DNA of 63,991 bases, counting the filler, from Basidiobolus ranarum (taxonomy: Eukaryota): the NCBI GenBank assembly GCA_040143965.1. It is 42 parts of 42 records of this genome, joined end to end, with 100 filler letters (N's around TTAATTAATTAA, not from the genome) between each part and the next. Parts side by side here need not be neighbours in the genome. Positions count along the whole stretch, not along the records: positions 1 to 1,433 come from JASJQH010005204.1; positions 1,534 to 2,966 come from JASJQH010005205.1; positions 3,067 to 4,499 come from JASJQH010005206.1; positions 4,600 to 6,032 come from JASJQH010005207.1; positions 6,133 to 7,564 come from JASJQH010005208.1; positions 7,665 to 9,096 come from JASJQH010005209.1; positions 9,197 to 10,628 come from JASJQH010005210.1; positions 10,729 to 12,159 come from JASJQH010005211.1; 34 more parts are not named here. One strand, written 5' to 3'. The notes under the pieces are model-generated. The model saw only the letters and a program-made list of their open reading frames with translations. It was not told where the DNA came from and did not search any database. The position numbers and the translations under genes are program-made. Of the stretch, positions 1 through 12,336 are shown one piece after another (the stretch's first letter is position 1; each line of letters begins with the position of its first letter).

Positions 1-1017
1 TTACCTGCTTATCTTTCTTTTCAAAGTTGATAATGTGTACATTTTTGAGATGTTTCATGATTAGGCCTATACTATGCCTATTGCCATTTGCTTGCAAAAG
101 CCAAGGATAAGCCACATGAAATAAGTCAAGAACCTTCATAGTAACGCCTGGTTTTTGGTTTTACCATGATTGGCTCAAATCCGGGTGATTTTGGGCACAA
201 TTCTGCACAGTTTCCAAAATGTTAAACCACTCATCATCGGAGCAGATGATGGCAGCACTGACATTTAGAGTCTTTGGGTTTGCTGGTTTTCCTATGAGAT
301 TTCTACTTTCATGTGCCCAAACAATTTTGGGTTGTTGTGCAGGCTGAATGGTCCCACACATATTGTACTCTGCTAGATTGTCACAGTGACATTCATATGT
401 ATGGTCTGTGATTGATTGAAATCCCATATGAGAATGGACAGAGGGAGCACATATGTTGCTGTAGCTCAAGTACAGCATTCTGAAGGTCTTGTATCATTGT
501 TTAGCAACTCTCTAACTGCTGACTAGTTGCTTCTGAATACTGCATTATTTGTGATATTGCGGCTTGATTGCTTGTCATGGCCTGTATAGCAACTTCACAG
601 TTTTTACTTATGAATGCACGCAAATCAACAAGGTGTTCTGCCTGCAATTCCCCTGTTTTAATAATTCTATCCAAATTTTCTATGGAGGGTCATGCAATAG
701 TGGGCAAAGTAGCCATTTTGGAAGTTGATGGTCTTGACAGTGTTTTTGGTTGAACTTTGCTCAATTATTGATTTACTAGATAATTGGGGGATTATAATCT
801 CTTCATTTGCACTATTGCTGGAAAGGAACACAAAAGGTAAATTGATCAATGCTTCGTCATTACTTGAGTTAGTGTCCAGCATGTTAATGCCTTTCAAAGT
901 GGATTGTTGATTGCTAGACTGCTCCTCAATTAAGTCCTCTGTTCTTACTGCTTTTTTTCCTTTTGTGCCAGCAGGCTTTGGCTTAGAATCCAATTTTGAA
1001 TGCTTTTTGAATGGCAT
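1..1017 (-). pseudogene. CACTA-like element accessory ORF2, 5' two-thirds, decayed
   Basis: MPFKKHSK..KPKPAGTKGKK start and ICSDDEWFNILETV motif shared with copies at 32162, 58066-59437 and 39904; stops and frameshifts. Confidence 0.75.
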
Positions 1018-1236
1018 TGAAATTTTCAGATGGTAAACTTGGTTTAATGAAATAGCTTAGAAATGGCTTATAATAAACCAAAATTGCTATCCATTACCAG
1101 AAATTTCTTGTACATCCCCTGATGACTCATCTGTAACACCATCTCAGAATTGGCTGATGATATTGAAGGGCTATACCTAAGATACCACCCTTATGTCGGA
1201 GATGTTTTTTTTTCTACAATATCATTCTCATGCCAC

Positions 1237-1433
1237 TATAGTTGTTTTAGGGTGTAAGCAGCAATGATAACTGCAATAACCTAATGGTTTTGTGAGGTGT
1301 TCAAAGGGTGCAATAACCATGGTTGAATAACTCTGGGATGTACTGTAATATGGGTCTGTCTCTTGCCTTGTGGGTCTTTGTGAGAGGGAATCAAGCCTCC
1401 AGATATGTCTAAGGACTGATAAACCACAATGCA
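1237..1433 (+). repeat. LTR-like repeat G2, 5' part, inserted in the CACTA-like element
   Basis: Near-identical to 6721 onward (TGTAGTTGTTTTAGGG...); shared sharp start at different host positions. Confidence 0.6.
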
Positions 1434-1533
1434 NNNNNNNNNNNNNNNNNNNNNNNNNNNNNNNNNNNNNNNNNNNNTTAATTAATTAANNNNNNNNNNN
1501 NNNNNNNNNNNNNNNNNNNNNNNNNNNNNNNNN
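1434..1533. other. Artificial contig linker (44N-TTAATTAATTAA-44N); first of 41 identical linkers spaced ~1.52-1.53 kb apart
   Basis: Identical 100-bp spacer with stops in all six frames; intervening contigs decrease steadily in length. Confidence 0.98.
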
Positions 1534-2376
1534 TCATGCTGAATCAGTCTAGATACATCCTAGACATCCTAAAATGCTTCAACATGGAGAATAGCAAGCC
1601 TGTATCAATACCAATGGATCCCAATGTGAAATTGATTAAAATTGCATGCAATTTGGCCCAAAATGACTCAAATCAAAGCCTGGAGGTCCCTTATCAATCT
1701 ATGGTGGGTGGTTTAATGTATACAATGGTTGGAACACATCCAGACATTGCTGTGGCAGTGGGAACTGTCAGCCAATACCTAAAAAATCCGGGATCTGAGC
1801 ACAAAACTGCAGTAAAACAAATATTCAGGTATTTGAGAGGAACTATAGCTCTAGTTCTGGAATACTCTGCCACTCCTAATGCACAAAATTTTGAAGGTTA
1901 CAGTGATGCAGACTGGGGAAGAAACCTTGTTAATAGAAGATCAACAACTGGATACACTTTTCTCTATGGTAATGAAGCCATAACTTGGAATAGTAAGAAG
2001 CAACCAACCATAGCACTTTCCACTACAGAAGCAGAGTATATGGCTGCTTCTGCTGCTACACAAGAAGCTATGTGGTTAAGCAAGTTATTTACAGACTTAG
2101 GATACATGCAAAAATGTGCTATTACTGTATTTGAAGATAATCAAAGTAGTATTCCATTAGCTAAAAACCCTACATTTCATGCTACAACCAAACATATTGA
2201 TATTAGGCATCATTTTGTTAGAGAAGCAATAGAGAATAATATAATTGAACTTGTCTATTGCCCTACTGTAGAAATGATAGCTGATATCTTAACAAACCTT
2301 GAGCTAAAGCAAAATTCAAATTATTAAGGTATAAATTAGGTTTAAGAGAAACACCAAATAATTAGTTGAGTGGGAA
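1534..2376 (+). mobile_element. Ty1/copia family C1, RT C-terminus and RNase H
   Basis: YQSMVGGLMY, GYSDADWG, RRSTTGY, ALSTTEAEY, EDNQS, TKHIDIRHHFVRE; PPT gagtgggaa before LTR. Confidence 0.95.
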
Positions 2377-2728
2377 TGTTGAAATTAGGTAAATAGCAAC
2401 TCATTATTTAGTGGTTAGTTTGTTCATATTCTAATTATTTATTACTCAATTCTGTCATTCAAAAACGTTTGTTTATTGCTCTAATTGATAGAAATATCAA
2501 TTAGATCACTTTTACCAATTTTCACTATTTTCTCAAAACCTCTCCAAATCACCTCAAATTTTCACCCAAGCTTAACAGGCATGTTTGTTATGATCTAAGC
2601 ATGTCGAATAGTCCTATTTCATAGTAAACTATAAATAGGACACATTCAATTCAATAAAACTTAAGTGTCTAATTCACAAATCCAAATATTGTCCAAAACA
2701 CTTCCAAATCCACTAAACACTGTTATGA
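2377..2728 (+). repeat. Copia C1 3' LTR (~350 bp)
   Basis: TGTTGAAATTAGG start after PPT; matches 18781-19131, 40641-40992, 43345-43689, 50552-51021. Confidence 0.85.
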
Positions 2729-3066
2729 ACCTAGAGGGTTTTGTTTTATATGCTTTCTGATTTGATTTCTACTTTAACATGCCCAAGCAGTTTGGGTTGT
2801 TGTGTAGGCTTGATGGCATAACATATACTCTACTCTGCCAGATTTTAAATGTGATCAAAGTGTTTAGGGGATTTGGAAGTGTTTTCAACAAGATTTGGTT
2901 TTGGGAAATAAACACTTAAGTTTTATTGAATTGAATATGTCCTAGTTATAGTTTACTGTGAAATAGNNNNNNNNNNNNNNNNNNNNNNNNNNNNNNNNNN
3001 NNNNNNNNNNTTAATTAATTAANNNNNNNNNNNNNNNNNNNNNNNNNNNNNNNNNNNNNNNNNNNN

Positions 3067-3172
3067 TTCCAAAATGGTAAATAACATCGTGCCGGATAGT
3101 GCCCAATCATGCCAATTTGTGCTGGCACACTTTTTAGCTGGCCTGATCTGGCTCAATAAAATGGAACAAGTC
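3067..3172 (-). mobile_element. Subterminal region of a second CACTA-like family (GTGCC/GGCAC motifs)
   Basis: Reverse complement of ~50125-50232. Confidence 0.55.
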
Positions 3173-3890
3173 TAATTCACCACTCTGAATCTTGTCCAAA
3201 ACACTTCCAATCAACTGAACACTTTTATCAGATATTGAACCGCAGGTTAGCTGTTCAAGGAGAGCCTATCAGTACTATTACTAATGTTTTTGCATTCACG
3301 GAGAGGTATGACAGTGAGGACTCTTATCTTTGGAAGTTCAGGTTGCAAATGGTCCTAAAAGTGAAGGCCCTTTGGTGGTTTGTCACCAGAGAAGATATAT
3401 AGCTAAAGGGACTACCACAAGCTATCCTTGTTGTTCACAAGAAGCAGAGGAAAGCACTCTCTGCACTGTCTCTACATCTCAGAGACTCTTAATTGAGGCA
3501 TATAGGCTCAGCCAAAAATATGCAAATTGCTTTGGACACACTTGAGGGACTATAGAAGACTAACAGTAAGGCCTGTAGGGTATATCTTAGACAAATTGTA
3601 TTCTCATGCTGAAGATTCTATGACTAACCATATATACTGGATAAGAGCTATGGTGGAACAGCTCTGATCCATTGGAGCTCCTCTAAATGGAGTTGTTTTA
3701 GTCATGAAACTACTTAGGAGCCTGCCAGATAATTTGGGAACCTCATAAGCACCCTAGAATTTAAAATCAGAGCCCTTAACAATGTAATCTGTTGATGCTA
3801 TGCTTTTGATGAGAAATTTAGGAAGTCTAATTCTCAGCAAATTAATGCAGTTCAAACATTTTGTAGAGCTGTAAAACTTCCAACAGGCAT
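3173..3890 (+). mobile_element. Copia C1 LTR 3' end, degenerate PBS and decayed gag
   Basis: LTR end ..cacttttatca; gag homologous to 51053-51797. Confidence 0.8.
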
Positions 3891-4388
3891 TTTGCTATGC
3901 AATTCCTATTTTCACACAGTAAAGCTGATGGTATTACTCATATACTTCATGGATATCACTACCAGAATCTGAAAAATCAAGGTTTCTTTGAGAATGCATA
4001 TGATCATTCAGTTCCATTGACTCTGGATGGTTTCTTGCAAAACAAATATACCGTTGGAAAGGCTTGCTGGCCAATAATTTTAATCAACTTAAATCTTCCT
4101 CCTTCTGAACGGTATAAGAGTCATAATATTTTAATGCTATCCATCATATCTGGACCTAAATCACCAGTGCTTATAGATAGCTTCTTGGAGCCTTTCATTG
4201 TGGAACTTGAATGGTTAGCTAATTGGGTTCAGATGGGTGAATATTTTTATAAGGCCACTATCACTTTATGTATTAGTAACATTCCTGCAACCAATGAACT
4301 TGGAGGTTTTTGTGGGCACAATGAACTATCTTGCTGTAGATTTTGTTATATCAATTGAGCTTACTATATCAGGCATATGCATTACTAC
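3891..4388 (+). pseudogene. CACTA/CMC (Tnp2-type) transposase fragment
   Basis: LTLDGF, CWPIILINLNLPPSERYK, GPKSP..IDSFLEP, GFCGHN..CCRFC. Confidence 0.85.
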
Positions 4389-4499
4389 CCCTAACAGAAA
4401 TTTGAGGATTGTTATTGTATGAAAACCATCACAATTTTAATCCATTTGGTGTTGACCGCTTACTTCCCGGAATAAAATTGTCAAGTTTGATTTTATTTT
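4389..4499 (+). mobile_element. CACTA-like element terminus type B (CCCTAACAGAAAT), inserted in a transposase copy of its own family
   Basis: Same terminal sequence at 11511, 28442, 60466 and reversed at 31521. Confidence 0.85.
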
Positions 4500-4599
4500 N
4501 NNNNNNNNNNNNNNNNNNNNNNNNNNNNNNNNNNNNNNNNNNNTTAATTAATTAANNNNNNNNNNNNNNNNNNNNNNNNNNNNNNNNNNNNNNNNNNNN

Positions 4600-6010
4600 T
4601 AGTTAGGTGTATAAAGATAGAGATAACAAATATGATAAAGACAATAAACTTCAACACTCCCACTCAACTAAATATTCATATATCTTAATCCTAACTTAAA
4701 TCTTAATTCTGCAAATTTTGGCTTGGGTAATGGTTTGGTAAGGATGTCAGCAAGCATGGCCTCAGTTGGACAGTACTGTAGTTGGATGTGCTTATTCTCA
4801 CTAGCTTCCCTAACAAAGTGATGTTGAATGTCAATGTGCTTACTTATAGCATGAAATTTGGGATTTTTAGCTAAAGAAATATAATTTTGATTATCCTTGA
4901 AAATTATGGAGGGTGAATTTTGAAAAAAGCCCAAGTCTTTCAACAGTTTTGTTAACCGCATAGCCTCCTTTGTTGTATGTGATGCTGCCATGTATTCTGC
5001 TTCAGTTGTTGAAAGTGCTACAGTGGGTTGTTTCTTGCTATCCTAAGATATGACTGCTTCACTTAAGAGAAAGGTATATCCAGTGCTAGATCTTCTGTCC
5101 TCATTATCACATCCCCAATCTGCATCACTAAGCCCAATTAGATCTTTATTGTCATAAGAATATGTGTATCTTGATCCCAGATCAATTATTCCCTTCAAAT
5201 ATCTGAAAATCTGCTTAACTGCTGCATAATGCTCAGATCGTAGGTTTTGCACATGTTGACTAACTACTCCCACTGCAAAAGAGATATCTGGGTGGGTTCC
5301 AGTCAAATCATAGATCAAATTACCTACCATAGATTGATAAGGGAACTCAGGGCTTTCAAATGACATATTTTGAGCCATATTTGGCCTATTTTCATTGTTT
5401 TTGATGGAATTTTTGACTTGTTTCACACCTGGATCCATGGGAGTTGCTACTGGCTTGCAATTCTCCATCTTGTAACATCTGAGAATGTCTGAAATGTATT
5501 TAGGTTGATTCAGAGTAATAGATTTTGCTCAATATATCTATATGGATCTGCAGGCCTAAAAAATATGTAAGTTCACCTAAATTGGTCATCTTGAACTAGA
5601 CTGATAGATCTCTTTTAGTGTTCCTGAGAGCTTCATCATTATTGGTTGCTATAATCAGATCATTCACATATAAGGAAAGCATCACCTTGCTCTCCTCATC
5701 TGTCTTAAAGCAGATCCCAAAATCCACAGTACTCTTTTGGAAATTAAGTGATTCCAAGTATGTGTCTATCTTAGTGTACCAGGCCCAGGGTGATTGTTTA
5801 AGTCCATAAAGTGATTTTTGAAGCTTACACATGTCCTCAGGGTGCTCAGGATCCACAAAACCATATGGTTGATCCATGAATATATCCTCTTCCAAGTCCC
5901 CATTCAAAAAAGCAGTTTTAACATCCATTTGATGGATTTTTAAGCTGTGTTTTGCTGCTACTGCTAGTATGGTTCTGATGGAATTAAACTTTGCTACTGG
6001 TTCCTTCACA
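4600..6010 (-). mobile_element. Ty1/copia family C2 RT-RNase H and start of 3' LTR (4600-4656)
   Basis: HQMDVKTAFLNG, KSLYGLKQSP, LYVND, SDADWG, SKHIDIQHHF; frameshifted. Confidence 0.95.
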
Positions 6011-6132
6011 CTATCCCAAAAAAAGACATTTANNNNNNNNNNNNNNNNNNNNNNNNNNNNNNNNNNNNNNNNNNNNTTAATTAATTAANNNNNNNNNNNN
6101 NNNNNNNNNNNNNNNNNNNNNNNNNNNNNNNN

Positions 6133-6290
6133 TGTATGAATACCGCCAAGATACCGTCAAGAAACCGCCGTCACATCATCAAAATCCCTGGCAGAATGCA
6201 AGCCAACGATATTGTGACGGTTCTCTGACGGTTTTGCTATTTCGGAGGGTGGATCCGATCCGGATCAAATCGATTTTATTTTTGTTAGGG
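6133..6290 (-). mobile_element. CACTA-like element terminus type A (CCCTAACAAAAAT on - strand), least-decayed copy
   Basis: Ends ...TTTTTGTTAGGG; ACCGTCA/TGACGGT inverted motifs and GGATCCGATCCGGATC intact; 11 CpG counted in 158 bp. Confidence 0.9.
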
Positions 6291-6449
6291 GTATATCCCA
6301 TCAATATCATCAGCTGATACTGAGATGTTGTCACAGATGAGTCATCAGGAGATTTACAAGCTATTTCTGGTAAAGAATGGCCGTTTTGGTTTATTATAAG
6401 CTATTTCTAAGCAATTTCATTGCACCAAGTTTACCATCTGAAAATTTCA

Positions 6450-6720
6450 ATGCCATTTCAAAAGCATTGAAAATCCAAATCAAGATTGGCTTCCAAGCAA
6501 AAGCCTGCTGGCACAAAAGGAAAACAAAGTCAGCAAGAACACAGGACTTAATTGATGAGCAGTCCAGCAATCCACTATCCACTTTGGAAGGTATTAACAT
6601 GCTAGAAACTAACTCAAGTAATGATGAAGCATTAATCTGGTAATAGTGCAATTCAAATGATTGTAATTCTCCAATTATGTTGTCAATAAATAGTTGAGCA
6701 AATTTCAATTGAAACACCAT
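6450..6720 (+). pseudogene. Accessory ORF2 5' fragment
   Basis: ATGCCATTTCAAAAG..., homologous to 32162 onward; interrupted by LTR G2. Confidence 0.7.
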
Positions 6721-7277
6721 TGTAGTTGTTTTAGGGTGTAAGCAGCAACTACAACAGCAATATCCTAAGGGTCTTGTGAGGTGTTCAAAGGGTGCAATAG
6801 CCACGGTTGAAAAGCTCTGGGATGTACTGTGGTATGGGTCTGTCCCTTGCCTCTTGGGTCTTTGTGAAAGGGAATCAAGCCTCTAGAAATGTCTCAGGAC
6901 TGATGAACCACAATGCAGTGTGCAGCTTTCTGTTGAATAATATGCTGGTGCTTGACAAAAGAATATACTAGCTTCAATGTCCTTTGAGAATGAACAGATC
7001 AAAAGAGTATATCCAATCAAAAACAACGGTAAACTCAGTCAGCAGGGTTTTGACTCAGGATGAACTGGTAGTGATTTATGTAAGGATATGAAAAGTTCCT
7101 TGGCTATGCAGACAAAGCTAGGGAAAAAAATATAAAGTATCAGAAATATAATATCTACCAGTCAGTACTTTCTTTGAGCCAGTCAAGTCATTTCTAGTCA
7201 CACAGTAGCCTGTAACTGTCTCTAGTAGTATCTCCTGAGCTTCCTCTTATAGGGCTTGTAAGCAGTGATGAAAATAA
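6721..7277 (+). repeat. LTR-like repeat G2
   Basis: TG start, second copy at 1237; followed by nested C2 and C3 LTRs. Confidence 0.6.
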
Positions 7278-7564
7278 TGTTGAAGTTTATTGCCTTTATA
7301 ATATTTGTTATCTCTATCTTTATACACCAAACTATTGTTGAAATTAGCATTGCCTAAACACCTATATAGTCATATATAGCTTAGTACTTAGTTATCTTAT
7401 TATTAACTAAGATATTATTAATTATTCTCAATTGGAATTTACTTGGAATATTTTTACCAGCTTAGAAGTACTCAGATATATAGATTTTTCAAACTTGTGC
7501 TAGAGGCCCCAAACTTGCACTCATGTTCCTGGGACCTTTGTTAACATATTCAACATGTTAGTTT
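7278..7564 (+). repeat. Nested copia LTRs: C2 start (7278-7335) interrupted by C3 LTR (from 7336)
   Basis: TGTTGAAGTTTATTG then TGTTGAAATTAGCATTGCC, matching 45197 and 21749. Confidence 0.8.
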
Positions 7565-7664
7565 NNNNNNNNNNNNNNNNNNNNNNNNNNNNNNNNNNNN
7601 NNNNNNNNTTAATTAATTAANNNNNNNNNNNNNNNNNNNNNNNNNNNNNNNNNNNNNNNNNNNN

Positions 7665-9096
7665 GCCTAGTTTGCATGCTCAGAATGCATTTTGTTGATT
7701 TCTAGCTTATATAAGTTCTTAAGTTTTGCACCCAGTGGCTAATTTGGTATCATTCTGCTGTGTGATAGTGCATCCAGCCTTACTGAACACAAAATTTAGT
7801 CCTTGAGTTGTTGCTTGGCTTACTGAGAGTAGATTCTTAGCTATATTTGGTATATAGAGTACATCATCTAATTTTGCAGATGGTTTAGCTGAATTTGGGT
7901 CTAAATTGGGTACAACTGTACCCTTACCAACTGCCTCTAGTGCATAGTCATTGTCTTAGTAGACTTTCCTTGTTTGGATTAGTCTTAAGCTGGAAAACCA
8001 ATCTTTCCTGTTTGACATATGCTGGGATGCTCCTGAATCAATGTACCATGTCTCTGAATCTTCTATAGTGGTTACTGATAGGGCAGACACAAATAGATGA
8101 TCTCTATCAGTGCTTACTTGATTTGCGTATTCTGATTTTAGCTTTCTGGCAAAACCTTTTTCTACATTCTTTGATTAAATGACATGCTATCTTGCAATAC
8201 TTGCATATGAATAATTTCCCATTAGGGGCATCATTATTGAAGCCTGTCAGATATTCTACAGCTCCAAAAAATGCCTGCTCTGCATTACTTTGTTGAGAAT
8301 TAGATCTCTTTAATTCTACATTCAATAGACTAGCATCAACGTATTCCATTGTTGATGGCTCTAGTCTTAATTCTAGGGTAATTTTGAGGTTCCCAAACTT
8401 GTCTGGCAGGCTCCCAAGTAGTGTCATGACTAAATGATCTTCATTTAGTGGTGCTCCAATGGATGAGAGCTTATCTGCCATATTTTTTATCTGATTTATA
8501 AGACTGAGCATAGAATCCACAGGATTCATCTGAATTGAGAAAAAATGTTGCCCAACATATAGCCTATTAGCTGGACTTTTAGTCTCACATTGTCCCTCAA
8601 GTGTTTCCCAAGCATTTTGGATGTTTTTGGCTGGTTGTATGTGCCTCAATTGAGAATCTCTGAGATGTAGACAAAGTGCAGAGAGTGCTTTCCTCTGCTT
8701 CTGGTGAAAGGCAAGGATATCTTCTGGTAGTCTCTTTGGCTCTATTTCTTCTCCTGTAACAAATCCCCAAAGGTCCTTGTCTTCTAGCTCCACTTGCATC
8801 TTAAACTTTCAGAGGTGAAAGTTATCATCATCAAGCTTTGCTGAGGATGCAAAAATGTTGTTAATAGTACAGGTAGACATTTCTCTAGCAGCTAGCTTGG
8901 AATTCATAACCTGATAAAGGTGCTTAGAGGATTTGGAAGTGTTTTGGACAAGATTTGGATTTATGAATTAGACACTTTAGTTTTAGTGAATTGAATGTGT
9001 TCTATTTATAGTTTGCTATGAAACTGGACTCTTGGACAGTCTTAGATCATAAAAAACATCCCTGTTACGCATGGGTGAAAGTTTAAGGAGATAAGG
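7665..9096 (-). mobile_element. Copia C1 5' LTR end, PBS, gag (CCHC) and protease
   Basis: FKMQVELEDKDLWGFV, CKYCKIACHLIKEC zinc knuckle, WYIDSGASQHM protease motif; PBS ggttatgaattcc at ~8899-8911. Confidence 0.9.
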
Positions 9097-9196
9097 NNNN
9101 NNNNNNNNNNNNNNNNNNNNNNNNNNNNNNNNNNNNNNNNTTAATTAATTAANNNNNNNNNNNNNNNNNNNNNNNNNNNNNNNNNNNNNNNNNNNN

Positions 9197-10497
9197 TATT
9201 TGGACGAGTTTGAAATTTCCAATATGGAATAGCTAATTCTCACATTATTCATATATATATGTAATATATGTTCTGATTTTCAGCTAAGTGATATTTGACT
9301 AAATAATGTTAACTAACTTATATGTGATATATGCAGTAGTTAGGTGAATAAAGCTAGAGATGACACATATGATAAAGTCAATAAACTTCAACACTCCCAC
9401 TCAACCAAATATTCATATATTTTAATTCTAACTTAAATCTTAATTCTTCAAACTTTGGCTTGGGTAATGGTTTGGTAAGGATGTCAGCAATCATGTCCTC
9501 AGTTGGACAGTACTCTAGTTGGACATGCTTATTCTCGATAGCTTCCCTAACAAAGTGATGTTGTATATCAAAGTGCTTACTTCTAGCATGAAATTTGGGA
9601 TTTTTAGCTATACAAATACAACTTTGATTATCCTTAAAAATGATGATGGGTGAACATTGAAGAATGCCCAAGTCTTTGAACAGTTTCCTTAATGACATAG
9701 CCTCCTTTGTTGTATGTGATGTTGCCATATATGCTGCTTCAGTTGTTGAAAGTGCTATGGTGGGTTGTTTCTTGCTATTCCTAGATATGGCCACTTCACT
9801 ATGGAGAAAGGTATATTCAGTGACAGATCTTCTGTCCTCAATATCACTTCCCAATATGCATCACTAAACCCAATTAGATCCTTATTCTCATAAGAATATG
9901 TGTAACTTAATCCCTGATCAATTGTCCCCTTTAAATATCTGAAGATCTGCTTAACTGCCACATAATGCTCAGATCCTGGGTTTTGCACATGTTGGCTGAC
10001 TACTCCCACTGCAAAAGAAACATCTGGCCATGTTCCAGTCATGGTATAGATCAAACTACCTAGCATAGATTGATAAGGGAACTCAGGGCTTTCAAATGAC
10101 ATATTTTGAGCCATATTTGGCCAATTCTCATCATTTTTGATGGGATTTTTGATGGTTTCACACCTAGATCCATGGTAGTTGTTACTGGCTTACAATTCTC
10201 CATCCTGTAATGTCTGAGAATGTCTGAGAAGTATTTAGATTGATTTGGAGTGATAGATTTACTCAATATATCTGTATGGATCTGCAGGCCTAAAAATACA
10301 TATGTTCACCTAAATTGGTCATCTTGAATAAGACTAATAGATCTCTTTTGGTCTTCCTGAGAGCTTCATCATTATTAAAAGCTACAATCAGATCATCTAC
10401 ATATGAGGCAAGTATCACCTTACTGTCCTTATCTGTCTTGAAGCAGATCCCAAAATTCTCCATACTCTTTTGGATATCAAGTAACTCCAAGTATGTA
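9197..10497 (-). mobile_element. Copia C2 RT-RNase H and 3' LTR (9197-9392)
   Basis: YVDDL, ALSTTEA, RSKHFDIQHHF; truncated by type-A terminus. Confidence 0.93.
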
Positions 10498-10628
10498 CCC
10501 TAACAAAAATAAAATCAATTTGATCCGGATCGGATCCACCCTCCAAAATAGCAAAACCGTCAGAGAACCGTCACAATATTGTTGGCTTGCATTCTGCCAG
10601 GGATTTTGATGGTGTGACGGCGGTTTCT
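10498..10628 (+). mobile_element. CACTA-like terminus type A inserted in copia RT
   Basis: CCCTAACAAAAATAAAATC..GATCCGGATCGGATCC..ACCGTCAGAGAACCGTCAC. Confidence 0.9.
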
Positions 10629-10728
10629 NNNNNNNNNNNNNNNNNNNNNNNNNNNNNNNNNNNNNNNNNNNNTTAATTAATTAANNNNNNNNNNNNNNNN
10701 NNNNNNNNNNNNNNNNNNNNNNNNNNNN

Positions 10729-11510
10729 GGGAAAATATGGGCTGTTTGGAGGAACTTTAGAAAAATCAAATGGTGATTAGCTTTGTGAGATAATTATTGA
10801 TTGCCCAGAAATGAAGCATTTATACATTTTGGTGGAAATATAGAAAACTAACACTGGGGTGGTGTTCAGAACATCTGTGGGAGTAAAATGAGCTATCTTT
10901 GGGGAAATTTGGACAAGTTTGAAACTTCCAATATGGAATTGCTAATTCTCACATTATTCACATATATATACAATATATGTTCCAATTTTCCATAAAGTGA
11001 TATTTGACTGAGTAATGTTAACTAACTAAAATGTGATATATGAAATATTTATGTATATAAAGATAGAGATAGCAAATAAGATAAAGACACTAAACTTCAA
11101 CACTCCCACTCAGCTAAATATCCCTATATCTTAATCCTAACTTCAAATCTTAACTCATCAAATTTTGGCTTGGGTAATGGTTTGGTAAGGATGTCAGCAA
11201 TCATGTCCTCAGTTGGACAGTACTGTAGTTGGATGTGCTTATTCTCAATAGCTTCCCTAACAAAGTGATGTTGAATGTTAATGTGCTTACTTCTAGCATG
11301 AAATTTGGGATTTTTAGTTAAAGAAATACAACTTTCATTATCCTTGAAAATTATGGTGGGTGAACTTTGAATAATGCCAAGTCTTTGAGCAGTTTCCTTA
11401 ATCACATAGCCTCCTTTGTTGTATGTGATGCTGCCATGTATTCTGCTTCAGTTGTTGAAAGTGCTATAGTGGGTTGTTTCTTGCTATTCCTAGATATGGC
11501 TGGTTCACTA
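10729..11510 (-). mobile_element. Copia C2 RNase H end and 3' LTR (10729-11102)
   Basis: RSKHINIQHHF, ADILTKPL; LTR matches 45197-45573. Confidence 0.9.
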
Positions 11511-12159
11511 CCCTAACAGAAACTTGAGGATTGTTATCATAGGAAAACCATCACAATTTTAATCCATTTGGGATTGACTGTTTACTTACCATTGTAAAAC
11601 TATCCAGTTAGATTTGATTTTGATCAAATTTTTCAGTTTCAGAAGTGAAATTTCAAGATCTCGCAAAATAGTTGCGCATGATTGGCTACAATCTTGGAGA
11701 TCTATGGATCAACACATGTGTGAAAAATGTAACTCAAATTTTACAAAATTACCACTTGCATGCTAATTTGTCACCTTCAAAATCCCTAGTCTCTTTGATA
11801 TATTGTCCTGAATATTTTTAAAGAGTTCTTCATACCTAAGGTTTTGCTAATACCCAACACAAGTTTGTATCAATATCTCCATCAAAGCCCACCATTATAT
11901 TAATGCTTTTGGGCAAGATTCTGCACAGTTTCCAAAATGTTAAACCACTCATCATCAGAGCAAGTGATGGCAGCTCTGCCATTCAGAGTTGGTTGATTTG
12001 CTGGTTTTCCTATGAAATTTCTACTTTCATGTGCCCAAGCAATTTTGGGTTGTTGTGTAGGTTTAATGGTCCAACACATATTCTGCTCTGCTAGATTGTC
12101 ACAGTGATGTTCATATGTATGGTGTGGGATTGATTGAAGTCCCATATGAGAATGGACAG
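11511..12159 (+). mobile_element. CACTA-like terminus type B plus internally deleted ORF2 (- strand)
   Basis: TIR; ORF2 C-terminus joined at ~11905 to the mid-ORF2 SDDEWFNILETV region. Confidence 0.85.
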
Positions 12160-12259
12160 NNNNNNNNNNNNNNNNNNNNNNNNNNNNNNNNNNNNNNNNN
12201 NNNTTAATTAATTAANNNNNNNNNNNNNNNNNNNNNNNNNNNNNNNNNNNNNNNNNNNN

Positions 12260-12336
12260 GTGACGGTTCTCTGTCGGTTTTGCTATTTCGGACGGTGGAT
12301 CTGATCCGGATCACATCGATTTTATTTTTGTTAGGG
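12260..12336 (-). mobile_element. CACTA-like terminus type A inserted in gypsy integrase
   Basis: ...ATCGATTTTATTTTTGTTAGGG followed by an AE(F)AYNN-coding sequence. Confidence 0.88.

Noticed and set aside
568-910. Recurring short ORFs with KLINASSLLELVS (also 6394, 32143, 59223)
   Set aside because: Antisense shadows of ORF2 copies.
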